The position numbers and the translations under genes were made by a program. A stretch of DNA of 64,000 nt, from positions 3,538,110 to 3,602,109 of the forward strand of contig CM082584.2 in assembly GCA_040954595.2 (NCBI GenBank), read 5' to 3'. The first letter of the stretch is position 1, and every line of letters starts with the position of its first letter. Shown here piece by piece: positions 51,960-64,000 of the stretch. The notes beneath the pieces are model-generated. The model worked only from the letters and a program-made list of their open reading frames with translations, did not search any database and was not told where the DNA came from. The stretch comes from Balanoglossus misakiensis. Taxonomy: Eukaryota > Animalia > Hemichordata.

Positions 51960-54900
51960 ATGGAGGGAAAAACTACACACCGGAGCAACGGCACTTCCTT
52001 CCTAATTATGACATGGTTAATTATCTGTAAGTACACGGAATAGCGTTTTCAAGCATAGGGAGTTTAGCACCACTATGATTTTTCAACTGTTGGTATCCAG
52101 CCTGTGCCGTCAAATAATTCAGTGAGGGGTTATCTTCAATTCACCGCTAGACAATCACGGGCAGGGTTCATGATTCGCTCGTAAATGGGCTGCTCTAATT
52201 ATACTCGTAACAAACATACCTTGAAAACAGAAGCCGTTAAAACGTCTGAAAAAATGGACTGATTTAAAAATGGTGTGGGCATGTGTCAATCAAGCTTGAT
52301 ACTACATGACTACATACAGTGATGTAATTCCTGACTGATACAACTAATCATACGCGAGCTGTTAAGGAACATTTATGTGAAAATCCCAAGCACATTTCTT
52401 CCAAAAATACAGCCATTTAACAATTTCGTTGATTGGATTTTTTGCAAAATTCTTTCTCTAATGAGGCCATTACAAGTTCAGCTGTGTACTGAAACATTGG
52501 TATTGGTTGGGAGAAATGTGCTATGGCTTTGTGATTGTAATAATATTTACATCTTCACTTATAGATGTGGCGGACATTCTGTGCATTACTACGATCAATT
52601 CTATCCAACTTTGACTGAAAAATGTCTTGATAAAAACAATTACGTTCCTGTTTTTATATCAGTCATTGTTGTAGTCAAATCCCCATAAGTTGAATATGAA
52701 GGTTATCGAAATATATCATTATTATGAAAGAATGTCATATTACTAATCTTTACTTGTAGATAATATACAAAGGATTTCTGGTACATTCAGCGTTGTGCCA
52801 AATGACACTCTGGTCATATTGGGAGATGCGACACAGCTAAACTGTACCTTTAACACAGCTCCTTCGCTGATGGGATGGTACCTTAATAATACGATTATAG
52901 TGTTTGGCGACGACAAGGAACCTGGTGTTACTGGGGATTATGTAATTATTGGCGGTGGAGACGTATACAATCTTCGTGTGTATAATACAAGTCTGACTGA
53001 AGGAGGTTATTATGAATGTTTTGATATTTCCACACAAGAAATAGCAGGGGCTGATCTTTTCGTCATAAGTAAGTGGCATAGTTTTTTTTATAATATACCT
53101 CATGCTAATACTGTGCCGTGATTCGCCAGAATCCGTCACGTGATAGGAAAATAGAATCGACTATGAACCGCTAGGGAAATAGTAGAAAAAATATAAACCG
53201 GTCACGTGACCAACGTGGTCACGTCAATCAGCGTCGCGTCGTCTGACACAATGGCCACCGCTGAAGATGTCGTCTGCCAGCCTCAAGAGAAAATTGCAAG
53301 ATTTTCCCAGCTGTTAGCATGAGGTTTATTATAAAACACCTATAGCCTGGCCTATATTCGGGCCATAGCAGCCGTTTTTACCCCCTCGTGACTGTGAGTT
53401 ACCAGAATCATATGCTATTTCCCTCGGCCTACGGCCTCGGGAAATAGCATATGATTCTGGTAACTCACAGCCCCTCGGGTGTAATAAACGGCCGCTATGG
53501 CCCTCATGGCCAGGCAATAGGTGTTCAATATCCGCTTTACCTATTTACAATTTGGATAATAGCTGTAAGATAAGATCGCAGTCATTTCCAAATAAAACTG
53601 GGACTGCTAGTAGACAAATGTATATTTGAAATATACTAACCGAAGTATGATATTGAATACGTTACCGAATACCAGTGTTAAAGTTGCTCTACATTTTTAC
53701 ACCATGAATTTCACCAGAAAATGCAAGTGATTCTTAATCCAGCTAACATAGAACCACCCGAGTCACACAATCCGTACACACACATTCAGGGTTGTCGTAT
53801 TTCAACTCCGCGTGGTGTAAAAGCACGGATGCGTATTGTACGACAAATGGCCATAGGTCACTGCAAACTTTGTAAAAAATAGCATATTATAATCAAAACA
53901 TCACCGTGGCAATATGATGAAATTCTTCTATACAGGTGATGGTCCTGATTGCACAGTTTACCCAGGCAATACGGTAATAGAGGGTGAAGATGTTACATTT
54001 TACTGCAACATAAATTTACCCGAACATGCGCCTGGAAGTCTTGTCTGGCTACAAAATGGAACCGAAATGAATCAAGAAGAAGCTCAAGTAAATATTTGGA
54101 ACACAACGTTGAATAGGACTGACAACAACGCAGTTTTTGACTGTCAACTGCAACATTACACATTACCACCATGGAAATGGTCGTTAGTGTCGTGTGAAAA
54201 CAAGATCATCGTGGATGTCCAATGTGAGTTCGCACGATGTACAAGATTTTGGTGAGATCGTTCATATTTAATATCAGTTTTTGCTTCTATCTGGCACGAA
54301 AACACTGATATGGCTCGGAGTTGATTGGGCCAATTGGTGTTTTGTAGATACACTGTAATCTAGAATATTGAACCTACTGAACAATTGGGATTGCTATGTC
54401 TCAGCTATGGTATTTTCATTGTTATTGAGTTGTTATTTGGTGTCATCGTCCCTTGCAGATCCCCCAGACGTCTCTGTCATTAATACAAGTCACACTATAG
54501 TGTTGGAGGGTGACAATTTCGCCGCTAAGTGTGCCGCAGAAGGTGGTAATCCGGAAGAAATTGTACATCAATACTGGACCGACCCAGGAGGGAACAGAGT
54601 CGATCAAAGTAGTGACAGTCTGTTACTGCAGAATATTACCAAAGACCAGCGTGGGGAGTACACATGTGTCATGGCAAATGAGTTTTACAACGGAGATCAG
54701 GGAAACGGTACAGATAGCATTAATGTGGATGTACAATGTAAGTTTTTTGTTGTATATTTTTTTAATAATGCATGTTATTCATGCGAAGTTGTCGGTGCCA
54801 ACGCACATTTAACGAAGAAAACGCAGTTATGAGTTTTTCATGATATAAGGCTGTGTTTACATTTTAAACTCAAACACTCGCTATGCAGACATACCGGTAC

Positions 54901-57769
54901 ATGTATTTCGAATAGAGTCAGCGTAATATAGTTGCTATGCTTAACTAGACATAAAATATTATGTGTTACAAGGAACACTGACCAGAAATAAAGTTTCATT
55001 TGGTGTCAGTATTATAACCACATAGCCTAATAGCCGTAACTATATGCTAGTTTTTCAAATGATCAATGAACAAAACTTCTTCACATCAACATATTTGCAT
55101 CATGTGCTTTATAGCTTAGTTTGTCTGGTCATTCCATTTGCATACTATTCTCAGAGAAAGTAATTAACCGAAGTAACGAGACAAACATACAAGTTATATT
55201 ATTGTATCTGATGTTATACATAATATTAAGCATGAACAGTTTCTTCAGCGTCATTATTGTTCCTCACCAGACACCCCTGCTGTAATAATAGAAGATCTCA
55301 GCAAAAATACTGTCATCGAAGGGGACCCTTATACCGCCAATTGTACAGCTGACGCTAACCCACCCGCGGATACAAAATGGTTCACCTCAGTGGACGGTGA
55401 TGTGATTATACACGATAGTCAACTATTTATACAGCAAGCCGAGAAAAGTCACCATGGAAATTACACATGCTCTGCAAATAATACTTTCCATACTGGTGAT
55501 CCAGGGTTTGATTATGAGACAATGCAACTTGATGTGCAGTGTAAGTGAGCTATATAACTACAAATTATGATCGATTTGACTTTTCATACAGAATTCATAT
55601 GTACCGGAAAATGTTTAGCATTTTGGTTAAAAATGTCTACAAACATTTTCATCACCTTGTGTCTAATTGTTTTGAACTTAGGCGTGCATGACCCTGAGGT
55701 GCTTTGTTGAAACTGTGACGAATTTTGCATCACTTTATATTAGGGCATTGTTTTGTGTTTTACTTCTTTGCTCATGTATGTCCGGGTTAGAAGTGCGACA
55801 TTTCTTCTGAAACAGGTATCTTGTTCAAAATGCGAAATATCACCGAGGCAGCCGGGCTGTTGTTATTTGTTTTCCTGAATAACTGACAGGACTAATATTG
55901 CCACGATAGGTTGTACAATCACATACATTCTATCCGTAGGTCTATTTGTCATTCTCTTCAGTCTCAGGTCTTTTTCTTGTCATTTATAAGACCACACGCC
56001 TATAATATGTTTTTGTCGCTGTTTTACTTTCGTGTTCATTCCTAATGCCAATATCACCATCGAAACCAAACTTGACAACTACAATGAATAAATCAGATGA
56101 CGCAGTATTAGATCTTAATATATATGGTGACATGGACAAATCATCTGGCGCAGTAGCATTATGGTTAAATTGCTGGCCTTGTATTTTCAATAACGTTATG
56201 ACTTACCAAGCTGGACTTGGTAATAAATGAAGAACAAATGACCCTTGCTCTGTGTTTAAATCGCTCAGACATCATTTCCATTAAAAAGGTTTTCTTTGTT
56301 TATTTGGACGGTTGACATGAACGAGTAACAAGTCACCGCATGCAATGGAAAGCCTGAAATTTTGGTCACACTTGTTTGTTTCCATTCCCCAGACGGGCCA
56401 ACCATAACCCTTGTAGAAGAAAGCGGCGTTGTAGTTGAAGGTAGAACATACCAAACAACATGCCATGTGGACTCAAACCCAGTGTCAGATGTTTATTGGA
56501 TGAGTCAATCTGGGGAAACACAGATTGGTCGTGAACTCATCCTCGAAGGTGCCAGTCGTTATCAAGCGGGGGAGTATACATGTTTTGCCACTAACACTTT
56601 CTGGAACAACATGACTGCTTCGGACAATGCCACATTAGTTCTCGATGTACAGTGTAAGTGATGTGTAAAAGTCATTTGTATACTAGTATTTTGATTTCTC
56701 TCTCCTGACTGATCTCGCCCCATACCACACTCCGGATACCAATATTCAAGTTGGTCTGCTGAAATAATATTGCAAGGTTTTAATATTTGAAACAAGCACG
56801 ACAGAGCAAGACACAGTGTGGGTTCCAGCAGTATCGTAACAGCAATATCATTTATTACAGTTCCGCCATCTGTAGAAGTACCACAAAAAGTAAGCCGCAA
56901 AACAGGAGAAGACATCATACTAACCTGCTCTTTGACCGATGCAAACCCTCTTGATGTAGACTACACTTGGGAGCTCGCCAACGGAAACATTATAAACGGT
57001 GACACCGCACAAATCAGCAACGTAACTACCGACTTCCACGGTTCACAGAAATGTACAGCAAATAACACCTATCATGATGGCACATATGGCGAGGGAAGCA
57101 ATTCTACCTTTCTTGATGTTCAGTGTAAGATTTTCAAATTATCTTCAGTTGAAAGAATGCTATCTTAATACAACTTAATCTCATGTCTGCGTGGAGAATG
57201 ACAGTGTGTAGCTTCTGATGTCAGGGTTGAATACTACATATTAATATTTTGGGCAATAAACATAATCAGCGTAAGGTGTATAAAGGCACAATACGCACAC
57301 TGCCACATGATACAGATGGTGTAAAACTAGAGTAGTATAAAGGGTCTCATCAGTTGATTACCAGCATAGTTGCTTATTCTGTTAATATACTTGTACGTGA
57401 CCATGTGTTATAACTTATGTCATAGACATGCCAACTGTGAGTGATGGTGACATTACATGCAGAGAGACAGAAAATGTTACCTTAGAATGTGATGTGGATT
57501 CTAACCCCGAACCATCGGAATACAGATGGACGATGGGTGGCATTTCGTTATCAAACTCTTCGACGTACACTATCTACAACATCCATCGAAGTGAAGAGGG
57601 TAATTACACCTGTAGTGTGGTCACTGTCTTTTATGACGGCACCAATGCTACTGACGGTGGCACTACCCATGTCTGGGTTGAATGTAAGTCGACATTTGCA
57701 ACAACAAAAGGAATAGCAACAACAATGCCGACGTCGACGACTATGACGATGATGCTTATGATGATGCTT

Positions 57770-57826
<57 letters not shown>

Positions 57827-60800
57827 GTTAAAAAAAATAAGAGACTTACAGTATTACCAGTTTGGCATAGTTGTCCTTTTTAAAGATTGTATCTAAATCG
57901 GATTATTGCGGTGTTCATGCCAAGGAGTTTCGATTTGAAGGTAAATCGTTTTAAATACAGGTTAATAGTACAAATGGAAACACCACATTTAACACCGGTT
58001 TGTATGCATGTTGAAACGTCTTAAAATGTAACTTATGACCGAGAATGACCCACCCAAATTCTTTGTCTTGTCTAGACTTGTCGGATGTTATCATGAGGAT
58101 ATCGCCATCAAAAATAACGGAAGGTGACGACGTGACAATCGCATGTCACGCCATAGATGGCAAACCCGAACCTTACAAGATCGAGTTAACACATGATGGG
58201 AATTTGGTACATCAAAATGACAGCCAGGAGTTGTATTATAGCATCACCGACATCACTCCAACTAGTAGCGGGTTATACAAGTGTAATGCTTATACCAGTT
58301 TCTCCGACCAAAGTGTACATCACTCAACCGCCCAAGAACAACTAACCGTGCACTGTAAGTAAACTTTGAGCTTCAAGGCATAGAACATTAGTATTGCCAT
58401 TTGTCTGTGTAAGTCAGTTCAGTGACTATAGGTAATGTGAGCACATTTGTGTATGACTCTTTAGAGATTTAAAATGAAATTCTTATTGTCTGGCCAGCAC
58501 CGTTAACCTTTGCCTCTTCTGTCATTGTATTCCTTTAGATTCTCCGCGCTTAATTCCCGAAGAGGAAAACACATTCCAAGCCTCGATAGGTGACGATATA
58601 GACATGAATTGTACAGTTCACGGAATGCCTCCACCAACAATAACATGGAGTGATGTAAATAATGAAGTGATTGGGGATGGTGATGACAACCTGAAAATCG
58701 GCCCAACAGAGACTAAAGAAACTATTGTCAGCAGCGTCCTTACTGTTACCATTGCTGAAAACAAATATTATGGCAATTATACTTGTACAGCATCCAACGG
58801 GGAAGGTGCCGATGGCTCGCAAATGTGGGTAATTTCTGCGGCCGCAGGTAAGTGATTTATGATTATACATTAGGTATATTACGTATAGTTATATTTCACT
58901 TTATTTCTGTACTGAATAGGTTAAGTCCTATGATGTGTTTACTGTAAGTGCACGACGTTGCTGCTGGTAACTTAAATTCAAGACAACACGATCAAAACTC
59001 AAATTTTCGTCGAACAGAACTGTGTGACCTCTACGTTCTTTCTGTATTGCATAGACTTTATTTTCACTTGCTGCACTTGTGAAAGTATTGCCGCAGTATA
59101 TACCGCATCACTGACCTGCATGTATGGCACAGATCATGCGCAGAGTACATGGAGTTCTTGGGGCTCAACTTGTCTCTCTACAAACGCGTTCCTTGATTTT
59201 ATGATTAATACATTGCCTCACCTTCTCTAGTCACGAAAATATCAGACACATTTATCTTTACAGCTTCAAATGGTACGAATGTCGTCGCAATTGTAATTGT
59301 GGTGGTGGTTGTTGCTATTCTCATAATAATTCCAGTTGCTGTGATACTTTATCGTAAACAAAAATCAAAGAAACGACGCGATGATGGAAATGGTAAGTAA
59401 AATCATGTCTGCATGTGTCAATAATTGCATCTACCTTCTGTATGCTTCTCCAAAGAGAAGATGCATGTTCGGCAATTATATGTGTAGCAATGATGGGAAT
59501 TCATGAAAAATATGAATTTTATCATTTTTCGTAGCACTATACATGATTGATACATGTATTTTCCATTCAGGATAGCCAAATCACCTATATGTATTTCCAT
59601 GGTGTTCATTGTGTTACATTTCCTTTACCTTTGCAGAATATGTCACTTACGGGTAAGTATGTTTCCAACGTCATTAGCCAAGATTTTACTGCAAATTGAT
59701 CTATATCAGCCATTGTAGTGTTTCTACATTTTTAATTATATTAGATTTAGATAAATACAGTGGGTTTAAAGAAATGTGGACCTTAATTTATGTATTCCAG
59801 AAAGTTATTGTCAATAACGTGCACAAAGGCTTGCACTCTGATCATATTCTATCCGCATTCCGTCATTCTTCAAAACATATTTACACCAAATTTAGTGAAC
59901 ACATCTAAATAAAAGTTATGTCGGTTTTAATTTCGTTACCGATAATAGGAAAAATGATGAAGAAGTCCAGTTGAATACTACATCAGATAGACCTGAACCT
60001 TATGGTATAGCCAGCGAAGACGAAGTTAACCCGTATGCAGGTGCATTATAACACAGTCTTGAAGCACACATGTATACATGTAGTAGTAATTGTTCTTTTC
60101 GATGTGAACTCTAATCCTGAGGCTTATGGAGTATTTGATATTTGCGTAAAGTCAAGTGAGAGTGCAGTTCACTTTTTGAAAGGTAAAAGGTTAGACTCTG
60201 TAGCAATAGCAGTGACAATGGTATTATTATTCTGTGTTAAACAATAGAATCAGAAAACGTCGGAACGTTTCTCGGCCTGCCAGTAAGCACCAAAGATGTA
60301 AATGAGAGTGACACATTGGATAATACAGGAACAGGAGAGAAGAAAGAGCAAAACGACAATGACATTGAAAACCTGTATGCCAAACCACACAAAAGTTCCA
60401 CGAAAAGAGTGAGTAACATTAATAACATGACAACGTTAATATGTATGCACAAGGAATGAGGCAGGTTAGCATTATCAAATCACTTGTCACATCTCATTTC
60501 AACTACAGAACGGTTTTGTGTAATTTCTCTCTCTTGATCTCTTTGGCTGTACGTCTGCATGTCTGTCTGACTCCGTCTATGTCTCTCTCTCTCAACAGGG
60601 AGCATCAGCAACAGCAGCCACCCTTGGTAATCAGTAATCAATATATTGATTTATACCAAATACTAATAATTATGCTCCATCAAAGTATTTAAGTTAAATC
60701 AGTCACTGTACATCGGTGATCTACATTTTTATTCTTTGTATATAAAAAAATTTAGGTTTAGATGTTGGCAAGTTTTTCACATCCAGAATTTACTGATCAT

Positions 60801-62813
60801 TAAGCTAGCAAGCTATCAATCGAATTCAGGTTTAAGTTCATTTTTGCTTGTTTTTTTTTTTTCTTTCAAAAAGCAGCTGTGAAAACCGTTCCATCTGGTA
60901 CAAATGCCACTAGTGTTGAACAGGCTGACTTGTCACGTTCAGGCATTCCAACAGAGGAAAACAAGCGAGTTTATGAACTTTACGACCAACTCTTATCTAC
61001 AGAATCGACAAAACCGGTAAGCTGAGTCAATATTTACCATGCTCTTGAATTATGATTACACATTTATAGACCGTTGTCATTCATCTGTTGGTTAATCGTT
61101 AATCCGTAGAATTATAAAAAATGTAAAGTGTCTTGAGAAATCCGGCATGTTTTAGTGGCGCAAACAATTTAGCCTCAGAAGTTCTATTGATATTTTATGA
61201 TAATTGTGTATACATGCTTCATTTTCTTTGTCCTGCTAACTCCCTTTCTTCGAATTCAAGTGTGATTGTTGGAAATATGTTGATGTCGCCGATATTCTAC
61301 GCAAAATAACATCAAGTAAGACAAGTAGATAACATGTAAACATGTATACATCTCTGCACTTACTTTATTTGCTTTCGCATTCGTTTACAGGTCGGCGACG
61401 CTAAACAAAACAAAGACAATCCTGATAGAAAAGGTACATATGATTTGTTTTTCAATATGATATGCGTTCTATCTTTCAGAAACGGCGACGACGAAAAAGG
61501 GGAAAGCGAAATCGTATTTTTGCGGAAGAACATAGTATGTCATGGTGAACTTACCAATAATCTCCTCTGATTTGCAAAAAAGCCATACCAATCCATGTCT
61601 AATTTTCCTATCACCCCATAAATTAAATTATCTTATATTGGCACTTGCAAACAGTGGATCATTGCATGTAACGAAAGTCTTAGTCTTAGTAATGATAATG
61701 TTATACTCTTTGAATTTTAAACCATGGTACTAATACTACTGTCCCCACTTCTACTAACATGCACTAATTCATTATGTAGCCACTACTTCTACTAACAATA
61801 CTAATCACAATAATTCATACTGGCTTCTTTGTTGAAATCCAGATACTAATACATTTGTTAATTCCGCGGACACTTAACCATCAATTTTGTGTTCCTGCAC
61901 GATGTCATGAGCAGACAAACTTATGGCACAGATCAGAGTCATCAACGGTAGTTTAATTTCTGTTTGCACAAGTTCTCTGAGTGCATGGCTACTCTATGTG
62001 AAATTTTCTTTATGTACCATCATTATACCTGCAAACGTCATTTTTCAACAATAGTGGTGCATTTCCAAACCGTGTACTGAGGCCACAAAATGCATCACTG
62101 AGAATGATGCGTCCGTACACCACTCTTTCCAATTATATCAATACATCATATGCGTATATATTACACCACCGTCTATGTCGGCATCGTAGGTTGCTCCAAT
62201 TTTTAGGATACACTCCTAAAATTCACAGGAACTGATTAGGGCTTTTTCTGGCATGTCCTGTCAAATGGACATTATTTATTGCTGTGAGTAATGTCGCATT
62301 TTATGCATACGCGCGAGCAGGTGTTATACTTTTCAGTTTGTCTGATGAATGTTATTAGCATTATGATTCTAATGTTGCAACATTTCCCTATTTTAGTGTC
62401 CGCCAGCTCCGTGCGCTTTGAAGAGCAGGGTGAAGCGGTAGGCAAGGTAGGTTCAGCTTGTCTATGATAGCTGTGACGTGATTGTAGTCTGTGTAGTCTG
62501 AGCATTTGCACGAACTCTGAACTCGTGACCTCATTATCTATATAACAGGTTTTGATGAAAAGCACAGTTTCAATGTTTAAGGCTGCGTTCGAATTCGCTC
62601 GTGCACTCTGATTACACAGTGGCCTTAAGTCAACTTTGTTCCATTTTATCTTTATATTACCCACTGCCGTACATATGATTTATTACTTAGACCGGTAAAG
62701 AGGGAGAACTCACCTATGCTGATTTGGATCTGTCTGGTAGCAACTTGGGAAAGGGGACTGAAGTAAAACCACCGCCAATGGAGACAACGGAGTACGCCTC
62801 TCTCAAATTTTAA
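51960..62813 (+). CDS. IgSF receptor C copy 2, intact: leader, V-type Ig + 8 Ig, TM, tail with ITIM (LTYADL) and ITSM-like (TEYASL)
   Basis: Exons 51960-52026, 52760-53068, 53936-54223, 54459-54737, 55271-55540 (missing from the ORF track), 56393-56653, 56861-57124, 57426-57683, 58076-58354, 58539-58847, TM 59264-59392, 59637-59652, 59949-60040, 60248-60408, 60599-60626, 60877-61016, 61391-61534 (uncertain), 62691-62813. All Ig exons are phase 1-1 and open. Confidence 0.85.
53087..53528. mobile_element. TSD-less hairpin-ended element (Crypton-like), copy 2-specific
   Basis: TTATAATATACCTCATGCTAA pairs with TTAGCATGAGGTTTATTATAA, followed by a ~190-bp hairpin centred on GGCCTACGGCC. Empty site at ~31600. 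Confidence 0.65.
57743..57825. repeat. (ATG)n intronic microsatellite, expanded relative to copy 1 (~39190-39227)
   Basis: Direct observation. Confidence 0.9.
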
Positions 62814-64000
62814 TGCGTTAATCTCTGCATATATGTATATTTTACTGTTATAAATTTTCATAACACAGACACACCCATGTAATATGCAGCGAGTTGTTTA
62901 TTGTACACTATTCGTGTCATCTACTCTCATAATTGAATTAAATGTCATGTATTTCATTTCTCAGCATATTTTGTTTAGTTAGCAAGTACTGTCATTTCAC
63001 TGTCTTTCATGTTTACATTTGAATATATAATGTCCCTATTTAGGTGTTCGCATATTGAGAAACAGAGAGGAAATAGTCACGGGTTTCAAGTTTGTTTAAG
63101 CTAGTTTCATACGAAATTTACATAGTATTTTCAGTGTCGATTAATTTATTTACAGCACGAACGAGAAAATGAAAAACCGAAATAAAAGTTAATATCACGT
63201 AGAAATACAACAAAACTCATTTTATTAATGAATAATTACATTAATTAACAGATCCAGATTTTTTTTAATTAAATACTAGAGTTATATCCCTTTTTGATTC
63301 CAAACAGGTCATACACGTTTCGGTCTGAATTTGGCTATTTGAGTAAATTAATGCGAAAGGTGTACATTTCGAATTCGTCTTTATATAAGTCATGATTTGT
63401 TTAGTTTATAATTAATTTAGTGTAAGCTATGTGGGACGGATAATCTAGTTAAGAAATTGTGCATATTTTTGTGCGCTTTTAATTTGTTTGCAGGTATATA
63501 TTTATTCAGAAACGTTGGACTCATTTCAGTCAGGCCAACCTGTTTTACCGATCATTTATTGGCAAATTTCGATAGGAATATTAGTTGTTTTTGAAGTACC
63601 AACTACTGATAATTATCGACATGTTTATTCTGTGAACTGTGCAGCGTGCTCATGATATCAATGTCCGCTTCTCATGCAATGTCACTTTACCCAGGAATAC
63701 TGTTTTTTCTATGTTATCTTGTGGAGATAGTTGTTATCAGAATGTAAACAGGTCAAAGTTTGTTACGAGACAGAATTCCGTCGTTTGGGTGTACATATCA
63801 TAGAATCGGTGCCAAGTGTTCGACAATAAAATAATTTATAGAATTTTGAATCCTGTGAGCAGATGATTGTTTATTGGTACAAAAATGCAACACATATATG
63901 TACACATGCGTGGATAGGAACCGTTTAATTAAAAAGCGCACAAGTCGCAGCGAAATGAATGTGGGGATAGACAGGCAAACACGGACAGAAAGAAACAAGA

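Larger units (their letters stand above)
49321..64000 (+). repeat. Tandem segmental duplication, copy 2 (runs off the right edge)
   Basis: Colinear with 25928-47492. Confidence 0.9.

Noticed and set aside
57684-57883. Poly-methionine protein tail
   Set aside because: ORF read-through past the exon donor at 57683 into an intronic (ATG)n microsatellite.

Overview
Eukaryotic, intron-rich, AT-rich DNA, probably from an invertebrate deuterostome such as a hemichordate or echinoderm (inferred from gene and transposon style). It holds a compact, recently duplicated immune-type gene cluster. (A) Two minus-strand leader+V-type Ig cassettes (491-3477, 7496-8420) of a gene that would continue off the left edge. 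(B) An intact receptor with 7 Ig + FN3 + TM and a tandem-ITIM tail (12815-20392). (C) A secreted coiled-coil+PAN/Apple gene with a relic C-type lectin exon (22103-23325). (D) A tandem duplication of a unit made of a coiled-coil EPN-type C-type lectin plus a 9-Ig ITIM/ITSM receptor (copy 1 ~25928-47492, copy 2 ~49321-64000+). Copy 1 keeps the lectin but its receptor is broken; copy 2 keeps the receptor but its lectin is broken. The receptor V domains differ mostly in the CDR3-equivalent loop. Many copy-specific DNA transposons are present (AcademH-, Kolobok-, Harbinger-, Tc1/IS630- and Crypton-like elements, a solo LTR and a foldback element). All gene models were spliced by eye from GT-AG sites and exon phases and are untested against RNA.
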